Of a DNA stretch of 64,000 nt, positions 1 to 11,602 are shown one piece after another. The translations under genes and the position numbers were made by a program. The notes beneath the pieces were generated by a model that ran no database searches, was not told where the DNA came from, and was given only the letters and a program-made list of their open reading frames with translations. Each line of letters opens with the position of its first letter. Positions within the stretch are counted from its first letter, which is position 1. The stretch lies in NCBI GenBank assembly GCA_963749915.1, contig CAVVOP010000022.1, positions 480,001 through 544,000 on the forward strand, in the 5' to 3' direction. The stretch is from an uncultured cyanobacterium. GTDB lineage: Bacteria; Cyanobacteriota; Cyanobacteriia; Cyanobacteriales; Cyanobacteriaceae.

Positions 1-316
1 GACATCTAGTTTTATAGCTAACTTGATCCTAATGTTTGTTCTCGTCAAAATCTTAAATATTTGGATAGTTTATGCTAGTTTATTGGTAGCAATTATATTT
101 TATATTTACAACTATTTAATGCACAAAAATTGGAGTTTTAAATAACCAAAGAGATCTTGATGAAAATAAGATGATAATTAATGCTTCTTGAAAAAAGATA
201 GATTAAGTTTCAAGGAAAGAGATATAATGGAGTTTGATTTCTTTGTCCCCAAATGACAAGGGGATTTTGATGATCTGAGTTGTCAAATTTAAGCTCAATA
301 CATTAAATAAGTACCC

Positions 317-1951
317 GTGACTACCATAGCAGATACTATTATCCCGAAAGAACAAGATCTACCAATCACTGATATTGATTCTACTATTGATATTCAACGT
401 CAAATGATCGCCATTCTCGATTTCGGTTCCCAATATTCAGAATTAATCGCCCGTCGTATCCGAGAAACTGAGGTTTATTCCGAGGTTATTTCCTATCGTA
501 CTACTGCGGAAAAACTTAGGGAGATTAGCCCTAAAGGTATTATTCTTTCTGGGGGTCCGAGTTCAGTGTATGATGACTATGCTCCTCTTTGTGATCCTGA
601 AATTTGGCAACTTGGTATTCCCGTATTAGGGGTTTGTTACGGGATGCAATTAATGGTCAAACAGTTAGGCGGTAAGGTTGAAAGGGCAAAAAGAGGAGAA
701 TATGGTAAGGCTTCTTTATCTATTGATGATCCTACAGATTTACTTACCAATGTAGAGCGGGAATCCACTATGTGGATGAGTCACGGCGACTCTTGCACCG
801 AACTTCCTGAGGGTTTTAAAATTCTTGCCCATACCGATAATACCCCCTGTGCAGCGATCGCTAAACATAAACAAAAATTATATGGCGTTCAATTTCATCC
901 TGAAGTAATCCATTCTGAATATGGTACAGCGTTAATACGCAATTTTGTCTATCATATCTGTGGTTGTGAACCAACATGGACGACTAAAACCTTTGTCGAA
1001 CAGTCTATTAAAGAAATTCGTGTGCAAGTTAGTGATAAACGAGTATTATTAGCATTATCCGGCGGTGTCGACTCTTCTACCCTTGCTTTTTTACTTCATG
1101 AAGCTATCGGTGATCAGCTTACTTGTATGTTTATTGACCAAGGTTTCATGCGAAAGGGCGAGCCAGAAAGACTTGTAGAGATTTTTGATAAGCAGTTTCA
1201 TATCAATGTCGAATATGTCAACGCACGGGATCGATTTCTTGCTAAACTAAACGGGATAACAGATCCAGAAGAAAAACGTCGGTTGATCGGTCATGAATTT
1301 ATCCAAGTGTTTGAGGAAGAGTCCAACCGTTTAGGACCTTTCGACTATTTAGCCCAGGGTACATTATATCCCGATGTGATTGAATCCGCCGATACGAATG
1401 TAGATCCGAAAACTGGGGAAAGAGTCGCAGTAAAAATTAAGAGTCATCATAATGTCGGTGGCCTGCCAAAAAATCTGCGGTTTAAATTAGTCGAACCTCT
1501 GCGCAAATTATTTAAAGATGAAGTCAGAAAGGTCGGTAGATCCATCGGATTACCTGAAGAAATCGTGTCTCGCCATCCCTTTCCCGGTCCTGGTTTAGCC
1601 ATTCGTATTTTAGGTGAAGTAACCGCCGATAAACTTAATATTCTCCGAGACGCTGATTTTGTCGTCAGAGATGAGATCAAAAAATGGGGTGTGTACCATG
1701 ATTTTTGGCAAGCCTTCGCTGTGTTACTGCCTGTCAAAAGCGTCGGAGTAATGGGTGATCAACGAACCTATGCTTTCCCTGTGGTATTGCGTTTAATCAC
1801 CAGTGAAGATGGCATGACTGCTGATTGGGCAAGGCCACCTTATGATTTATTAGAAACCATGTCTAATCGTATTGTCAATGAGGTTCAAGGGGTTAATCGT
1901 GTGGTTTATGACATCACATCTAAACCTCCCGGTACGATCGAATGGGAATAA
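317..1951 (+). CDS. guaA: GMP synthase (glutamine-hydrolysing)
   Basis: GATase motifs [24 protein letters not shown]-PPase SGGVDSS; C-terminal [14 protein letters not shown]. Confidence 0.98.
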   Translation: MTTIADTIIPKEQDLPITDIDSTIDIQRQMIAILDFGSQYSELIARRIRETEVYSEVISYRTTAEKLREISPKGIILSGGPSSVYDDYAPLCDPEIWQLGIPVLGVCYGMQLMVKQLGGKVERAKRGEYGKASLSIDDPTDLLTNVERESTMWMSHGDSCTELPEGFKILAHTDNTPCAAIAKHKQKLYGVQFHPEVIHSEYGTALIRNFVYHICGCEPTWTTKTFVEQSIKEIRVQVSDKRVLLALSGGVDSSTLAFLLHEAIGDQLTCMFIDQGFMRKGEPERLVEIFDKQFHINVEYVNARDRFLAKLNGITDPEEKRRLIGHEFIQVFEEESNRLGPFDYLAQGTLYPDVIESADTNVDPKTGERVAVKIKSHHNVGGLPKNLRFKLVEPLRKLFKDEVRKVGRSIGLPEEIVSRHPFPGPGLAIRILGEVTADKLNILRDADFVVRDEIKKWGVYHDFWQAFAVLLPVKSVGVMGDQRTYAFPVVLRLITSEDGMTADWARPPYDLLETMSNRIVNEVQGVNRVVYDITSKPPGTIEWE

Positions 1952-2090
1952 AAAAGTCGGAAATAGCATCACAATATCCTTATACATAGAGTATTCTGAG
2001 GGGCTCATGTTCTCATTCCAGATTTATTGGTGAAAAGATTAAGATAGAATAATAAGTTTGCAATTTAACAACATTCAACAGAAATAAATT

Positions 2091-3659
2091 ATGTTTTGGG
2101 CGGATAAAATAGCGGAGACATCACGACAACCCGAATTAGTCAACGATTCCAAAACCCCTTCAGGTAGAGTTCATGTCGGTTCAGTGAGAGGGGTGATTAT
2201 TCATGATGTGATTTACCGAGCCTTGAAAAGGGCAGGAAAACCTGTTAAATTTACCTACGGCGTTGACGATTACGATGCATTAGATACTGTCCCTCACTAT
2301 TTGGATAAGGACAAATTTGCCCCCTATTTAGGTTATCCTCTTTGCAATGTGCCTTCTCCTGATGAAAGTACTTCCGATTATGCCAAATATTTTATGGGAG
2401 AATTTCTGGCGGTTTTTGAGTATTTAGGTGTGAAAGCCGAGATTTATTATTTAAGAGACTTATATCGCTCTGGAAAATTAAACTCTTACATTGATCAATT
2501 TTTACGTCACGCCCAGGATGTCAGAGAAGTTTATAAAGATGTTAGTAAAGCAGAACGTCCTGACAATTGGTATCCTTTTCAAGTAGTTTGCGAAAATTGC
2601 GGTAAAATTGCTACTACAAATGTAACTAACTATCGTGAAAAAGAAGTTTTTTATACTTGTAAAGAAGACGCTACAGATTGGGTTAAAGGCTGTGGACATC
2701 ATGGTTGGGTATCGCCTTTTAATGGTAACGGGAAACTGCCTTGGAAGGTGGAATGGGTGGCTAAATGGGATTTAATCGGTGTTACCATGGAAATGGCGGG
2801 AAAAGATCACTCTCAAAAAGGTGGATCTCGTGATGTTGCTAACGCTATTTGTCGTAAGGTTTTACACAAAAAACCTCCCTTTCATTCCCCTTATGAGTTT
2901 ATCTTAGTCAATGGCACAAAAATGAGTTCCTCTAAGGGTGTTGGCTCAAGTGCGGGGGAGATGGCGGCCTTGTTGCCTCCAGAATTGCTACGTTTTTTAA
3001 TGTTAAGAACTCAGCCAAAAACTGTGATTAATTTTGCTCCTAATTATGAAACTATTACCCGTTTATTTAGAGATTATGATAGTCTGTTAAATGATTATAG
3101 TAAATTGCAAGAAAATAATTCAGAAGTAGAATTAGATAAAAATTTTTCACCCTTATTTTATGCACAATTAGGAGAAGAAATTAAACCTTATTACACTTTT
3201 GATATTAGTACCTTAATTTCTTTATTACAAGTACCCCATTTAGACTTGAAAGAGGAAATTACTAGAAGGGCAGAAAGGGAATTAAATGAATATGATTGGC
3301 AGAAAATAAACCAAAGAATTGTTGTGGCTAAAAAATGGTTAGAAGATTATGCAGATGAAGAAGAAAAACTGGTTATTTACTTTGATAAAGTTCCCGAAAT
3401 CGCTTCTCAATTAACTGATGAACAAAAACAATATTTGACTAAATTAAGAGAAGTTTTAACCACCGTTGAAAAATGGGAGGGAGAAGAACTGCAAACAGCT
3501 TTATTTACTGCCACAAAACAGTTAGGAATTCGCCCTAATATCGCTTTTCCTGCGGTTTATTATTCATTTTTAGGTAAGGAAAAAGGGCCAAAGGCGGGTT
3601 ATTTATTCTCTTATTTAGACAAGAATTTTGTATTAGGAAGACTACAGGAAGTTGTATAA
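2091..3659 (+). CDS. lysS: Lysyl-tRNA synthetase, class I
   Basis: MFWADKIA N-terminus, HIGH-like PSGRVHVGS, KMSSSKG, CENCG Zn motif, GKLPWKVEW, GKDH, C-terminal GKEKGPKAG, all typical of LysRS1. Confidence 0.93.
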   Translation: MFWADKIAETSRQPELVNDSKTPSGRVHVGSVRGVIIHDVIYRALKRAGKPVKFTYGVDDYDALDTVPHYLDKDKFAPYLGYPLCNVPSPDESTSDYAKYFMGEFLAVFEYLGVKAEIYYLRDLYRSGKLNSYIDQFLRHAQDVREVYKDVSKAERPDNWYPFQVVCENCGKIATTNVTNYREKEVFYTCKEDATDWVKGCGHHGWVSPFNGNGKLPWKVEWVAKWDLIGVTMEMAGKDHSQKGGSRDVANAICRKVLHKKPPFHSPYEFILVNGTKMSSSKGVGSSAGEMAALLPPELLRFLMLRTQPKTVINFAPNYETITRLFRDYDSLLNDYSKLQENNSEVELDKNFSPLFYAQLGEEIKPYYTFDISTLISLLQVPHLDLKEEITRRAERELNEYDWQKINQRIVVAKKWLEDYADEEEKLVIYFDKVPEIASQLTDEQKQYLTKLREVLTTVEKWEGEELQTALFTATKQLGIRPNIAFPAVYYSFLGKEKGPKAGYLFSYLDKNFVLGRLQEVV

Positions 3660-3796
3660 AATACCAATTAATAATTAATAAGGAAATTTAATATAAAAAT
3701 AATTTTAAAAAAATCAAGATCAACACTAATAAACTTGAGTTTACCCTTAACCTATGCTAATATGGCCATAAAATCTGGTCAAAAACATCATGAACC

Positions 3797-5392
3797 ATGA
3801 ATGAGCCATGGAATCCCGTTACAATCGATGAGTTACCGCCAAATACTGCCGATAATAGTCCTTTGCAAGTAATCTGTTATTTACAATCAAGATTTAGCGA
3901 TTTAGATATACAACAAAAAGAAATTGCTAATAAATATTATGATGGTCCTCAACGGATTCGGGGATTGGCTGGTTCTGGTAAAACCGTTACTTTTACCCAA
4001 AGGGCGGCACAAATACACTCTGATCATCCTGAGTGGAAAATTGCCTTTATCTTTTTTAATCGTTCATTATATCAACAAGTAATTCAAGAACGTATTAATG
4101 AATATTACCGTCAATTATCCCCAGAAAATGAGCCAAATTGGGATAATTTAAAGGTCTTTCACGCATGGGGGGCAAAAAATAAAGAGGGTTTTTATCGTCA
4201 TCTGTGCTTATTTTATAAGTCTCGGTGTCAAGTAAATTGTCAAAAATGCTACAATCCTTTAAAGGAGTGTCATTTTACCCCACAAAATGTTGGTAATGTC
4301 AAGGATAAATTAGGAAAAAATATCCCTCCCGCCAAGGCTTTTCAATTTGTTTGTGATGAATTAGAGAAAAAAATCACCGAATTTGTGGAATTGTATGATG
4401 TGATTTTAATTGATGAGGGCCAAGATTTGCCGCCGTCTTTTTATCGTTTGGCCAGAAATAGTCTCGATTCGCCAAAACGATTATATTGGGCTTATGATGA
4501 GGCACAGAGTATTGGTTCTTTGATTGTACCGCAACCGAGTGCTATTTTTGGAAAAAATGCCGATGGTTCTTTGGTGGTAGATTTAAGAGGTAGGGCTGAA
4601 AATTGGCATAAATCCTATCGTACCCCAAGTTTACTCCTAACCATTGCCCATGCTGTGAATATGGGGTTGTTGAGAAAAAAAGGAGTTTTACAAGGAGTTA
4701 GTAATCAAAAAGAGTGGGAAAATTTGGGTTATGAAGTATTAGAGGGAGATTTTACTCAAAATAGCGTTAAAGAAGGGAAATTAGTTAAGGTTATGAGAAA
4801 ACCCGAAAATAACCCCCATGGAGTTGATGATGACAATTTTCCCTATAAGGAAGCATTGGCAGAAATTATGACCATCAAAATATTAAAAAATGAAGTAGAA
4901 GAAAAAAGCTGGATTGCAGAACAAATTAAGGAGGATTTACAACAAGGCTTACAACCTCATCATATTTTAATCACAGCGTTATCTGGTAAAAAAGAAAAGC
5001 AATATTTAGAAAGTTTAAAACAAGAATTATTTAACCATAATATTCCTAGTTTTGTTGTCGGCGAAAATGGTAATACAGATCAATTTTATAAGCAAGGATT
5101 TGTGACTATTTCTAATATTTATCGAGCAAAGGGTAATGAAGCATGGAAAGTTTATGCTTCTCGTTTTCATTATGCAACGCAACCGTCAGAATATAAACAA
5201 GAAACGGAGTTACACAAAAGAAATGAAGCCTTAGTTGCCCTAACTCGCAGCCGAGTTTGGTGTGTAGTGACGGGTTTGAAAAGTCCAATTTTTACAGAAT
5301 TACAAGAGGCAAAAAATCAATTTCCTTATTTAATTTTTCCTGCTTTTAATCGTAAATCTTTACAGCGAGTGATGGATAATGATGAAGAATAA
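3797..5392 (+). CDS. Superfamily I DNA/RNA helicase-like protein (UvrD-like ATPase)
   Basis: Walker A GLAGSGKT, Walker B ILIDEGQD, YDEAQSI, YRTP, IYRAKGNE, VALTRSR motifs. Confidence 0.85.
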   Translation: MNEPWNPVTIDELPPNTADNSPLQVICYLQSRFSDLDIQQKEIANKYYDGPQRIRGLAGSGKTVTFTQRAAQIHSDHPEWKIAFIFFNRSLYQQVIQERINEYYRQLSPENEPNWDNLKVFHAWGAKNKEGFYRHLCLFYKSRCQVNCQKCYNPLKECHFTPQNVGNVKDKLGKNIPPAKAFQFVCDELEKKITEFVELYDVILIDEGQDLPPSFYRLARNSLDSPKRLYWAYDEAQSIGSLIVPQPSAIFGKNADGSLVVDLRGRAENWHKSYRTPSLLLTIAHAVNMGLLRKKGVLQGVSNQKEWENLGYEVLEGDFTQNSVKEGKLVKVMRKPENNPHGVDDDNFPYKEALAEIMTIKILKNEVEEKSWIAEQIKEDLQQGLQPHHILITALSGKKEKQYLESLKQELFNHNIPSFVVGENGNTDQFYKQGFVTISNIYRAKGNEAWKVYASRFHYATQPSEYKQETELHKRNEALVALTRSRVWCVVTGLKSPIFTELQEAKNQFPYLIFPAFNRKSLQRVMDNDEE

Positions 5393-5486
5393 ACAATGTA
5401 TTACACCTAAAATGCTTTAGGTATTTTAGGTTATGACTGGTTTGGTTAATCCTCTTAATTCATCCTTCAAACTATATGGTTAACTT

Positions 5487-6101
5487 GTGAAAATATATCA
5501 AATAAGCGATAGTAAGAAATTTTTTAATTTACCTAATAGCAAGATTATTTATTATCCTAATTTTTGGTCATTAAATAAGGCTAATTTTTTGTTTCAAGAG
5601 TTAAAAAAGTACATTAAATGGCGGCAGTATCACATAAACTTATTCGGTAAAACTCACCTTCAACCTCGTTTAACAGCATGGTACGGTGATCAAGGTAAGA
5701 CATATACTTACTCTGGAATTACTCTATATGCCCATGACTGGATTAAGCCATTATTAATGATAAAGGAAAAAATTGAGCCCATAACAAACGTAAATTTTAA
5801 TAGTGTGTTATTGAATCTTTATCGTGACGGAAAAGATGGAATGGGATGGCATAGTGATAACGAGAAAGAATTAGGCAAACAACCCATTATCGCCTCGGTG
5901 AGTTTTGGCGGTGAAAGACGATTTTTACTTAAACCTAGAGACAAAAAAGATGCTACCAGAGAAGAAATTATCTTAACTCATGGCAGTTTATTAATTATGG
6001 CGGGGGAGACTCAAGAATATTGGTTGCATCAAATTCCGAAAACCAGTAAATCAGTTGCACCAAGAATAAATCTTACCTTTAGGGTTATAGTTGATGGTTA
6101 A
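5487..6101 (+). CDS. AlkB-family 2OG-Fe(II) dioxygenase (alkylated DNA repair)
   Basis: PRLTAWYG, LNLYRDGKDGMGWHSD, H..PK, RINLTFR. Confidence 0.92.
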   Translation: MKIYQISDSKKFFNLPNSKIIYYPNFWSLNKANFLFQELKKYIKWRQYHINLFGKTHLQPRLTAWYGDQGKTYTYSGITLYAHDWIKPLLMIKEKIEPITNVNFNSVLLNLYRDGKDGMGWHSDNEKELGKQPIIASVSFGGERRFLLKPRDKKDATREEIILTHGSLLIMAGETQEYWLHQIPKTSKSVAPRINLTFRVIVDG

Positions 6102-6157
6102 TATTGTGAGACAAGCATCTTGCCTGCAATTGCCATGCAATTGCCAATGGTTAATGA

Positions 6158-6460
6158 CTAATTATTATCGACTGTTTCTGTGTTTTTTAGTAAAGTTACT
6201 CTCACATCATCAATGGCATGATTTAATTGATTAATTTTTTCTTCTAAACTTAGTCTTCTATTTTCGACTTCTTCCTCATCATCCATCATGGAATATCTAC
6301 GAGGTTTTATCGGCGATTCATTATCAAAATTACTTTGATTTTCATTATTTTTATTGGCGATTACTGTGGCTATTATACCTCCCACAATACCGCCAACAAT
6401 TGTGCCCAAGAGAAATCCACTGCCAAATTTATCTTTATCACTCATAGTTTCTTTATGCAA
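6158..6460 (-). CDS. Small conserved membrane-anchored coiled-coil protein (YtxH-like N-terminus)
   Basis: GSGFLLGTIVGGIVGG hydrophobic segment followed by RRLSLEEKINQLNHAIDDVR coiled coil; true start may be the second Met. Confidence 0.7.
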   Translation of the reverse strand: MHKETMSDKDKFGSGFLLGTIVGGIVGGIIATVIANKNNENQSNFDNESPIKPRRYSMMDDEEEVENRRLSLEEKINQLNHAIDDVRVTLLKNTETVDNN

Positions 6461-6531
6461 TTTTTTATTAATTTTTGAGTTATTTTCCTGTTAATTATTA
6501 ATTTATGGTAATTTAGCCAATCATGAAATTG

Positions 6532-7191
6532 CTAATTATTATCAGTGCCAAAAGCTCGATCGCCAGCGTCACCTAATCCGGGTACAATATAACCAGACTC
6601 ATTTACTTGCTCATCAATCATAGCAGTATAAATATTCAAACTGGAATAGTTAATGCTTAATTTTTGTAAAGCCGGAGGGGCAACTACTACGGATATAATG
6701 CGAATACAGTCAGGGTTTGCACCTCTTTTAACAATTTCCTCCATGGCTAACATAATAGATTCCCCAGTGGCTAACATCGGATCTAATATCAAAATGCGGG
6801 TGTCAGACTCAAAGTTTGTCGGTAATTTATTCAGATAACAACTAACCTTTAAGGTTTCTTCGTTTCTTACTAATCCTAAGTGATAGGTAGCCGCAAGGGG
6901 TAACAAGGCTTGGCATCCTTCCCATAAAGTTAAACCGGCCCTTAAAATGGGAATTGTGGCGATCGCTGTGTTAGGGTCAATAAAAGTCGCTGGGGAATTA
7001 GTTAAAGGAGTTTCTATCTCTACATCCATGGTCGGCAACCATTCCCGAATCGCCTCATAAGTCAACCAACGCCCTAATTCTACCATCGCCGTTTTAAAAA
7101 GAGTAGAAGGAGTGTTTTTATCCCTTGCCACCCCTAACCAATGTTTAATTAAAGGATGAGGAGGGACATAAATTTTTAGTTGTGGAGGCAT
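6532..7191 (-). CDS. upp: Uracil phosphoribosyltransferase
   Basis: PILRAG, LDPMLATG PRPP-binding motif, YIVPGLGDAGDR. Confidence 0.97.
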   Translation of the reverse strand: MPPQLKIYVPPHPLIKHWLGVARDKNTPSTLFKTAMVELGRWLTYEAIREWLPTMDVEIETPLTNSPATFIDPNTAIATIPILRAGLTLWEGCQALLPLAATYHLGLVRNEETLKVSCYLNKLPTNFESDTRILILDPMLATGESIMLAMEEIVKRGANPDCIRIISVVVAPPALQKLSINYSSLNIYTAMIDEQVNESGYIVPGLGDAGDRAFGTDNN

Positions 7192-7255
7192 GAAATTTGA
7201 TCCTTATTTGCAATCATTGGCTAAATTATTATAAGTGTTTTTCGTGCTATCGCAA

Positions 7256-7440
7256 TCCTAACTAGCGGACGACCTCTATAGTCGCCAACCCATGGCTGAA
7301 TATTGTTTAGAACACAATTCCAACTTTATCTTCGTCTGTTTACCCACATCCCATCCGACCCTCTATGAATCGCCCTCCTTCCTAGATGCGAATGGGGAAG
7401 TCAAAACCACGAGCCAGTGGTTGAAAAATCCTTCTGGGAG
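7256..7440 (+). mobile_element. Short transposase fragment (ISNCY-like)
   Basis: Reads LADDLYSRQPMAEYCLEHNSNFIFVCLPTSHPTLYE, resembling the DDLY..QP...FI.VC.P.SH.TLYE segment of cyanobacterial ISNCY transposases; no ends visible. Confidence 0.6.
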
Positions 7441-7531
7441 ATTTGTGGTAGAGTACACAGAAAATATATCAAAATATTTTTATATTCAAGCAAATCTTAA
7501 AAGTTTATTAATAAAAGGAATAAATACTCTT

Positions 7532-9102
7532 ATGCTAATCAAAAAATATTTGAAAATTTTGATAATTGTATTAATGACAAATCTTTTTATTCTTGTTCTA
7601 AATTACCCTGTTTCTTCTCAAACTCCCAACTCTATCTGTTCAAATCCAGATCGCTGCGTTTTGTTGGATGAGCAAGAACTATTTGAAATCAAGGTAGAAG
7701 CTGGTGGCTATACCCCTGAAGAAAGAGCAGACATAATCTCTGAAAATCTAAGAATCAAAAGCTAATGATATATCGATAAATACAGATAGCTTTTCCGCAA
7801 TTGCGAGAGACGACGCTTCTGCTATCATACAGGATGGCACACAAAACCCCATATTGACTATTACTCCAGGGGATGCTGCTGTAGATAATGGGGAATCATC
7901 TTTAGAGTTAGCAAAAAAGTATAATAACATTGTCCAAAAAGCAATTAGTACTTATAGACAAAGAGCAATCAATTTTTACGGTAATAGTATTCGAGGTAAT
8001 CCTTGGTGGACTTTAATCTTACTAGGGATATGTTTGCTTATTTTGATTGCACCAGAAAATTGGTTTTCTGACCCTTTCAACCAGGTTGGGACGATGTGTT
8101 ATGGGTTTATCCAACTGCATTGGGAAGCAAATCGGCAAGTTGCTTCGAGACGACAGTTCTCAAAGCCTTCCAAATGAAACTCTCCAAAGCTCTACAAACA
8201 CTCCTCCAACTCTTAAAAAAAAGTCTTGGAGGGAAATTCAAGAAGAATTTAAAAAAGGCAAAAGACTAGCAATGGGAGATAGGATAGAACATATTTACTG
8301 CATAGATCCTGACTTTGTCATTTATCGTACTGAAAACTCAATTAGAACCTATATAAATGAAGATCATTTAGAAGGATTAAACAATAAACCCTTAACACAA
8401 AGGAGGAATAAAATTCAAGAAGACCTAGCAGAAGTTACTTCGATTCAGCCTGATAGAAAGGAAGATACTAAGACAATAAATCCGTTGATCGCAAAGGGGA
8501 TAATATTAGCCCTAGATGACAAGACTGATGAAGCAAAAAAAATCCTTGAAATAGCCAAAAAACGCCTAAAGAAATTCAACGAGGACTATAGAATTTTCCG
8601 GTATTTAAAGGGAAGCTTCTTTATGTCAATTCGTTTTATGTTAGTCATTATACTTTTAAAAATTATGCCGACACTTCTCCCAGATTTATTTAATAATACT
8701 TTTGACTTGTTCAAGATTCCTGAAGAGTTTTTTGTGGTGATATTTTTTGGAGCTTTAGGGGGGTTCTTATCCGTTGCTTATGGGATTAGGAGAGGTGCTC
8801 ATGATATCGATCTAGATTTTGGTTCTAATATCGAAAGATTAGCAGCTTCGCGTATTTACATTGCAGTAATATCTAGTCTGATTATCTATTCAGCTTTAAG
8901 AGGGGAGATTGTTAGCGGCTTATCTATTTCTTTATCAGAAAATAGTAATATTTGCACAATACCTACATTAAGAATAGCATTTATCTCTGCCATTGCTGGC
9001 TTTGTAGAAAGACTTGTTCCTGACCTATTAACTAATAAGGCTAATAAAGACGGTACTCCTCCAGAAGACGATACTGGAGACCAATCTAGGGAGGGGGAAT
9101 AA
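7532..9102 (+). pseudogene. Frameshifted membrane protein: signal peptide + MscS-type N-terminal periplasmic domain + C-terminal multi-TM domain
   Basis: ATG 7532 starts a signal peptide; removing one base near 7752 gives ...SENL-ESKANDISINTDS...PILTITPGDAA joining ORF 7854-8177; a second shift near 8080 would join ORF 8047-9102 (GALGGFLS...AGFVERLVP). Confidence 0.55.
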
Positions 9103-9175
9103 ATCGTCGAAACCTTTGTTATCTTGGAGTTTTAAAATTATTTTTTTCTAAATTAATCTGCTGAATGTCGGTTAA

Positions 9176-11602
9176 TTAATTTATTTTTACATTTTTTTTA
9201 GTTAGAACATGATATATAGCCCACACCGCCATCGCTCGTAAATAATGACTAGCCCGAAATGTACCTACAGCCGTTATTGCTTCAGGGGTACGGAATTGTA
9301 AGCCGTTGTCGTAAACTTGGTTAACTACAGTTTCCGCTACTTTTAACCCTTCCTCCTTCATGCCGTTAAGTATCATAAAGGCAACGATACCGAAATTAAT
9401 ACCAGTCCACACTTCCAAAGGATGAGTATCATTTTCTTGAACGGGTTTTCCATCAGGTTTTACGCCGTTAGCAATGCCAAATTTACCCTCATGAAATTTT
9501 AAGAAACAAGCGTCATAAACCTTATTCAAAGTAGATTTGACATATTTAGATTCCACAACATCAGGCAATCCTAGTATTTGTGCATAAAATTGTCCTGAAA
9601 GTTGATCTGCCATAACCACATTTGAACCGCTTTCACTGTCTAAACGATAATATTCCCCATTCCAAAGAGTTTGATGATAAATTGCCCTTGATTTTTGCAA
9701 CCAATCTTCAAAAATGGCGATCGCATTTTTAATACCTTCGGGGAAATCATCAGGCTGTAAATCAGGATTCATGGGAGGATTTGCCATTAATATCTTACCC
9801 ATGGCGATGGCCGCTTCTAAGGATACAATCCATAAACCCCCACAATAGGCACTAATACCTTGTAACCGCCAATCGTCAAAGGTTTGATCCGGTGCCCCCG
9901 AATTTTCCGGGATACCATCACCATCTAAGTCAAAACCCTTTAGATAATGGAGAGTTTCTACAATACTATCCCAACATTCCCACAAAAAATCTTGATCTTG
10001 GCGACCTGTAAACAGGTAATCACGATAGACTTGCAAGACGAAATCGCAACCGAGATCCTTCCATAAATTACAATCTTGATAGCTAGTATAATTAGTTTTT
10101 TCCCAAGGATGTTCATTTGGTGCACCTAAATCGTGGGGTGTGGCACCTTTTGCCTTCCTGATAGCCTCGGCCTGATTATAACCAATAATCCTCGGAGTTT
10201 CATCACTGGAGGAAATCCCCTTGCTAAATGCCTCTAAAATAGACTTATCGAGACGAGGCCATAACATGATCATGGAAAAAGAACCATACAAACGCACGTC
10301 CAAACTTTCATACCAACGATAATCAATACATTCTAGTACCCCAAATTGCCCTACAGGATCGTTTTCTGTGGCAGCAGTCCACAAACTGCCTCCATCGGCA
10401 AGTAAATATAACTCGTTAAACAACGCCATTTTTAGCCAATCTGGTAAATTCGATCGCTGTAAAATAGGTTTTTGCCACTCAGCAATGCGATTTTGCCACA
10501 TATCGCTATGTTTTAAAGCCGTGCGCACTATGGACCAAGCATTTTTACCATTTCTACCAAAAAAATCTGTATAACGACGATAATAGTTGATTCCTTGAGC
10601 AAATTCGGTGACGGGAAAGTCCCAAGCCAAAATAAACGGAATTTTCTTAGTTTTTCCCGGTTTGATCGTAAATCTAATCGCCATCGCCCCAGCAATTTGT
10701 TCTCCGGGTTCAGCGGGTGTCTCGTCTTGGTGGTCAGGTAGCGAGCCATTCATGGCAAAATAATCCCATAATTCGCTACCGTCGCCCCGAGGGTTCCAGC
10801 GACTATGATAAAAGACCTCTAAACTAGGGTTAGTAATACTAGCGATGGCAAATTGCCCTTCACCCTCTTGAGGTTCGTCATCCATACGAATTCGATCGAA
10901 CAAACAACCTACCCGAAAATTATCTTGAATCCACTGGTTAAGATTTCCTGTACTATCTCCCCAACGAGGCTTATATTCATACTCAGGGCTACCATCATCT
11001 CTTACTTTGACGACAGGGCTTTTAATAGCATTGGTAAACCAACCGACACTATTTTGCCACGAAAACATGATACTAATCGTGATTTCCTTGTCCGTGGGAT
11101 TATGAATACTCCAATCAAACACCGCCACAGGATAACTAGCCTCCTGATAACTGCTAGCCCAAATCGGCGAAAATTGCTCACAGATCAGATGAGATTTAAA
11201 AACCTCTTGGTAATCAAACCAACTACGAGGATAAAGTGCCGAATAAGTACCTTTTCCTTGAGGATACCATGCCCAACTCGATAAACTACCATCGTCGGGA
11301 GCATTAGTACTCATGGCGTAAACTTGAGGATTTTCCCCTTCTACCTGTTCAAATACACTAAACTGGCAAGCAGATAATGCCTTAAAAATGTGATTACCAC
11401 CGTCAATATGCCAGAGATTAAAGTCACCGTTAACTCCTCTGCCAATGCAACCACTACCAAATCCCCCTAAAGGCATCCCATGATTAGCACCATCGTCCAA
11501 ATTACTGGCATAACGGACAGTATAAGGATGGTCCCATTTTTTGCCAATTTCACATTGCCAAGCAGAAGGGGGAATCTTTGGTAGTTCAATTTTTGTTAGC
11601 AT
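9176..11602 (-). CDS. Glycoside hydrolase family 116 (non-lysosomal glucosylceramidase-like)
   Basis: GMPLGGFGSGCIGR, LECIDYRWYESLDVRLYGS, PHDLG, DQTFDDW, EVWTG, FRTPEA, YLRAMAVW. Confidence 0.92.
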   Translation of the reverse strand: MLTKIELPKIPPSAWQCEIGKKWDHPYTVRYASNLDDGANHGMPLGGFGSGCIGRGVNGDFNLWHIDGGNHIFKALSACQFSVFEQVEGENPQVYAMSTNAPDDGSLSSWAWYPQGKGTYSALYPRSWFDYQEVFKSHLICEQFSPIWASSYQEASYPVAVFDWSIHNPTDKEITISIMFSWQNSVGWFTNAIKSPVVKVRDDGSPEYEYKPRWGDSTGNLNQWIQDNFRVGCLFDRIRMDDEPQEGEGQFAIASITNPSLEVFYHSRWNPRGDGSELWDYFAMNGSLPDHQDETPAEPGEQIAGAMAIRFTIKPGKTKKIPFILAWDFPVTEFAQGINYYRRYTDFFGRNGKNAWSIVRTALKHSDMWQNRIAEWQKPILQRSNLPDWLKMALFNELYLLADGGSLWTAATENDPVGQFGVLECIDYRWYESLDVRLYGSFSMIMLWPRLDKSILEAFSKGISSSDETPRIIGYNQAEAIRKAKGATPHDLGAPNEHPWEKTNYTSYQDCNLWKDLGCDFVLQVYRDYLFTGRQDQDFLWECWDSIVETLHYLKGFDLDGDGIPENSGAPDQTFDDWRLQGISAYCGGLWIVSLEAAIAMGKILMANPPMNPDLQPDDFPEGIKNAIAIFEDWLQKSRAIYHQTLWNGEYYRLDSESGSNVVMADQLSGQFYAQILGLPDVVESKYVKSTLNKVYDACFLKFHEGKFGIANGVKPDGKPVQENDTHPLEVWTGINFGIVAFMILNGMKEEGLKVAETVVNQVYDNGLQFRTPEAITAVGTFRASHYLRAMAVWAIYHVLTKKNVKIN

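Noticed and set aside
7292..7765. 157-aa ORF as a single real gene
   Set aside because: Chance in-frame fusion of a transposase fragment with the 5' part of the gene starting at 7532
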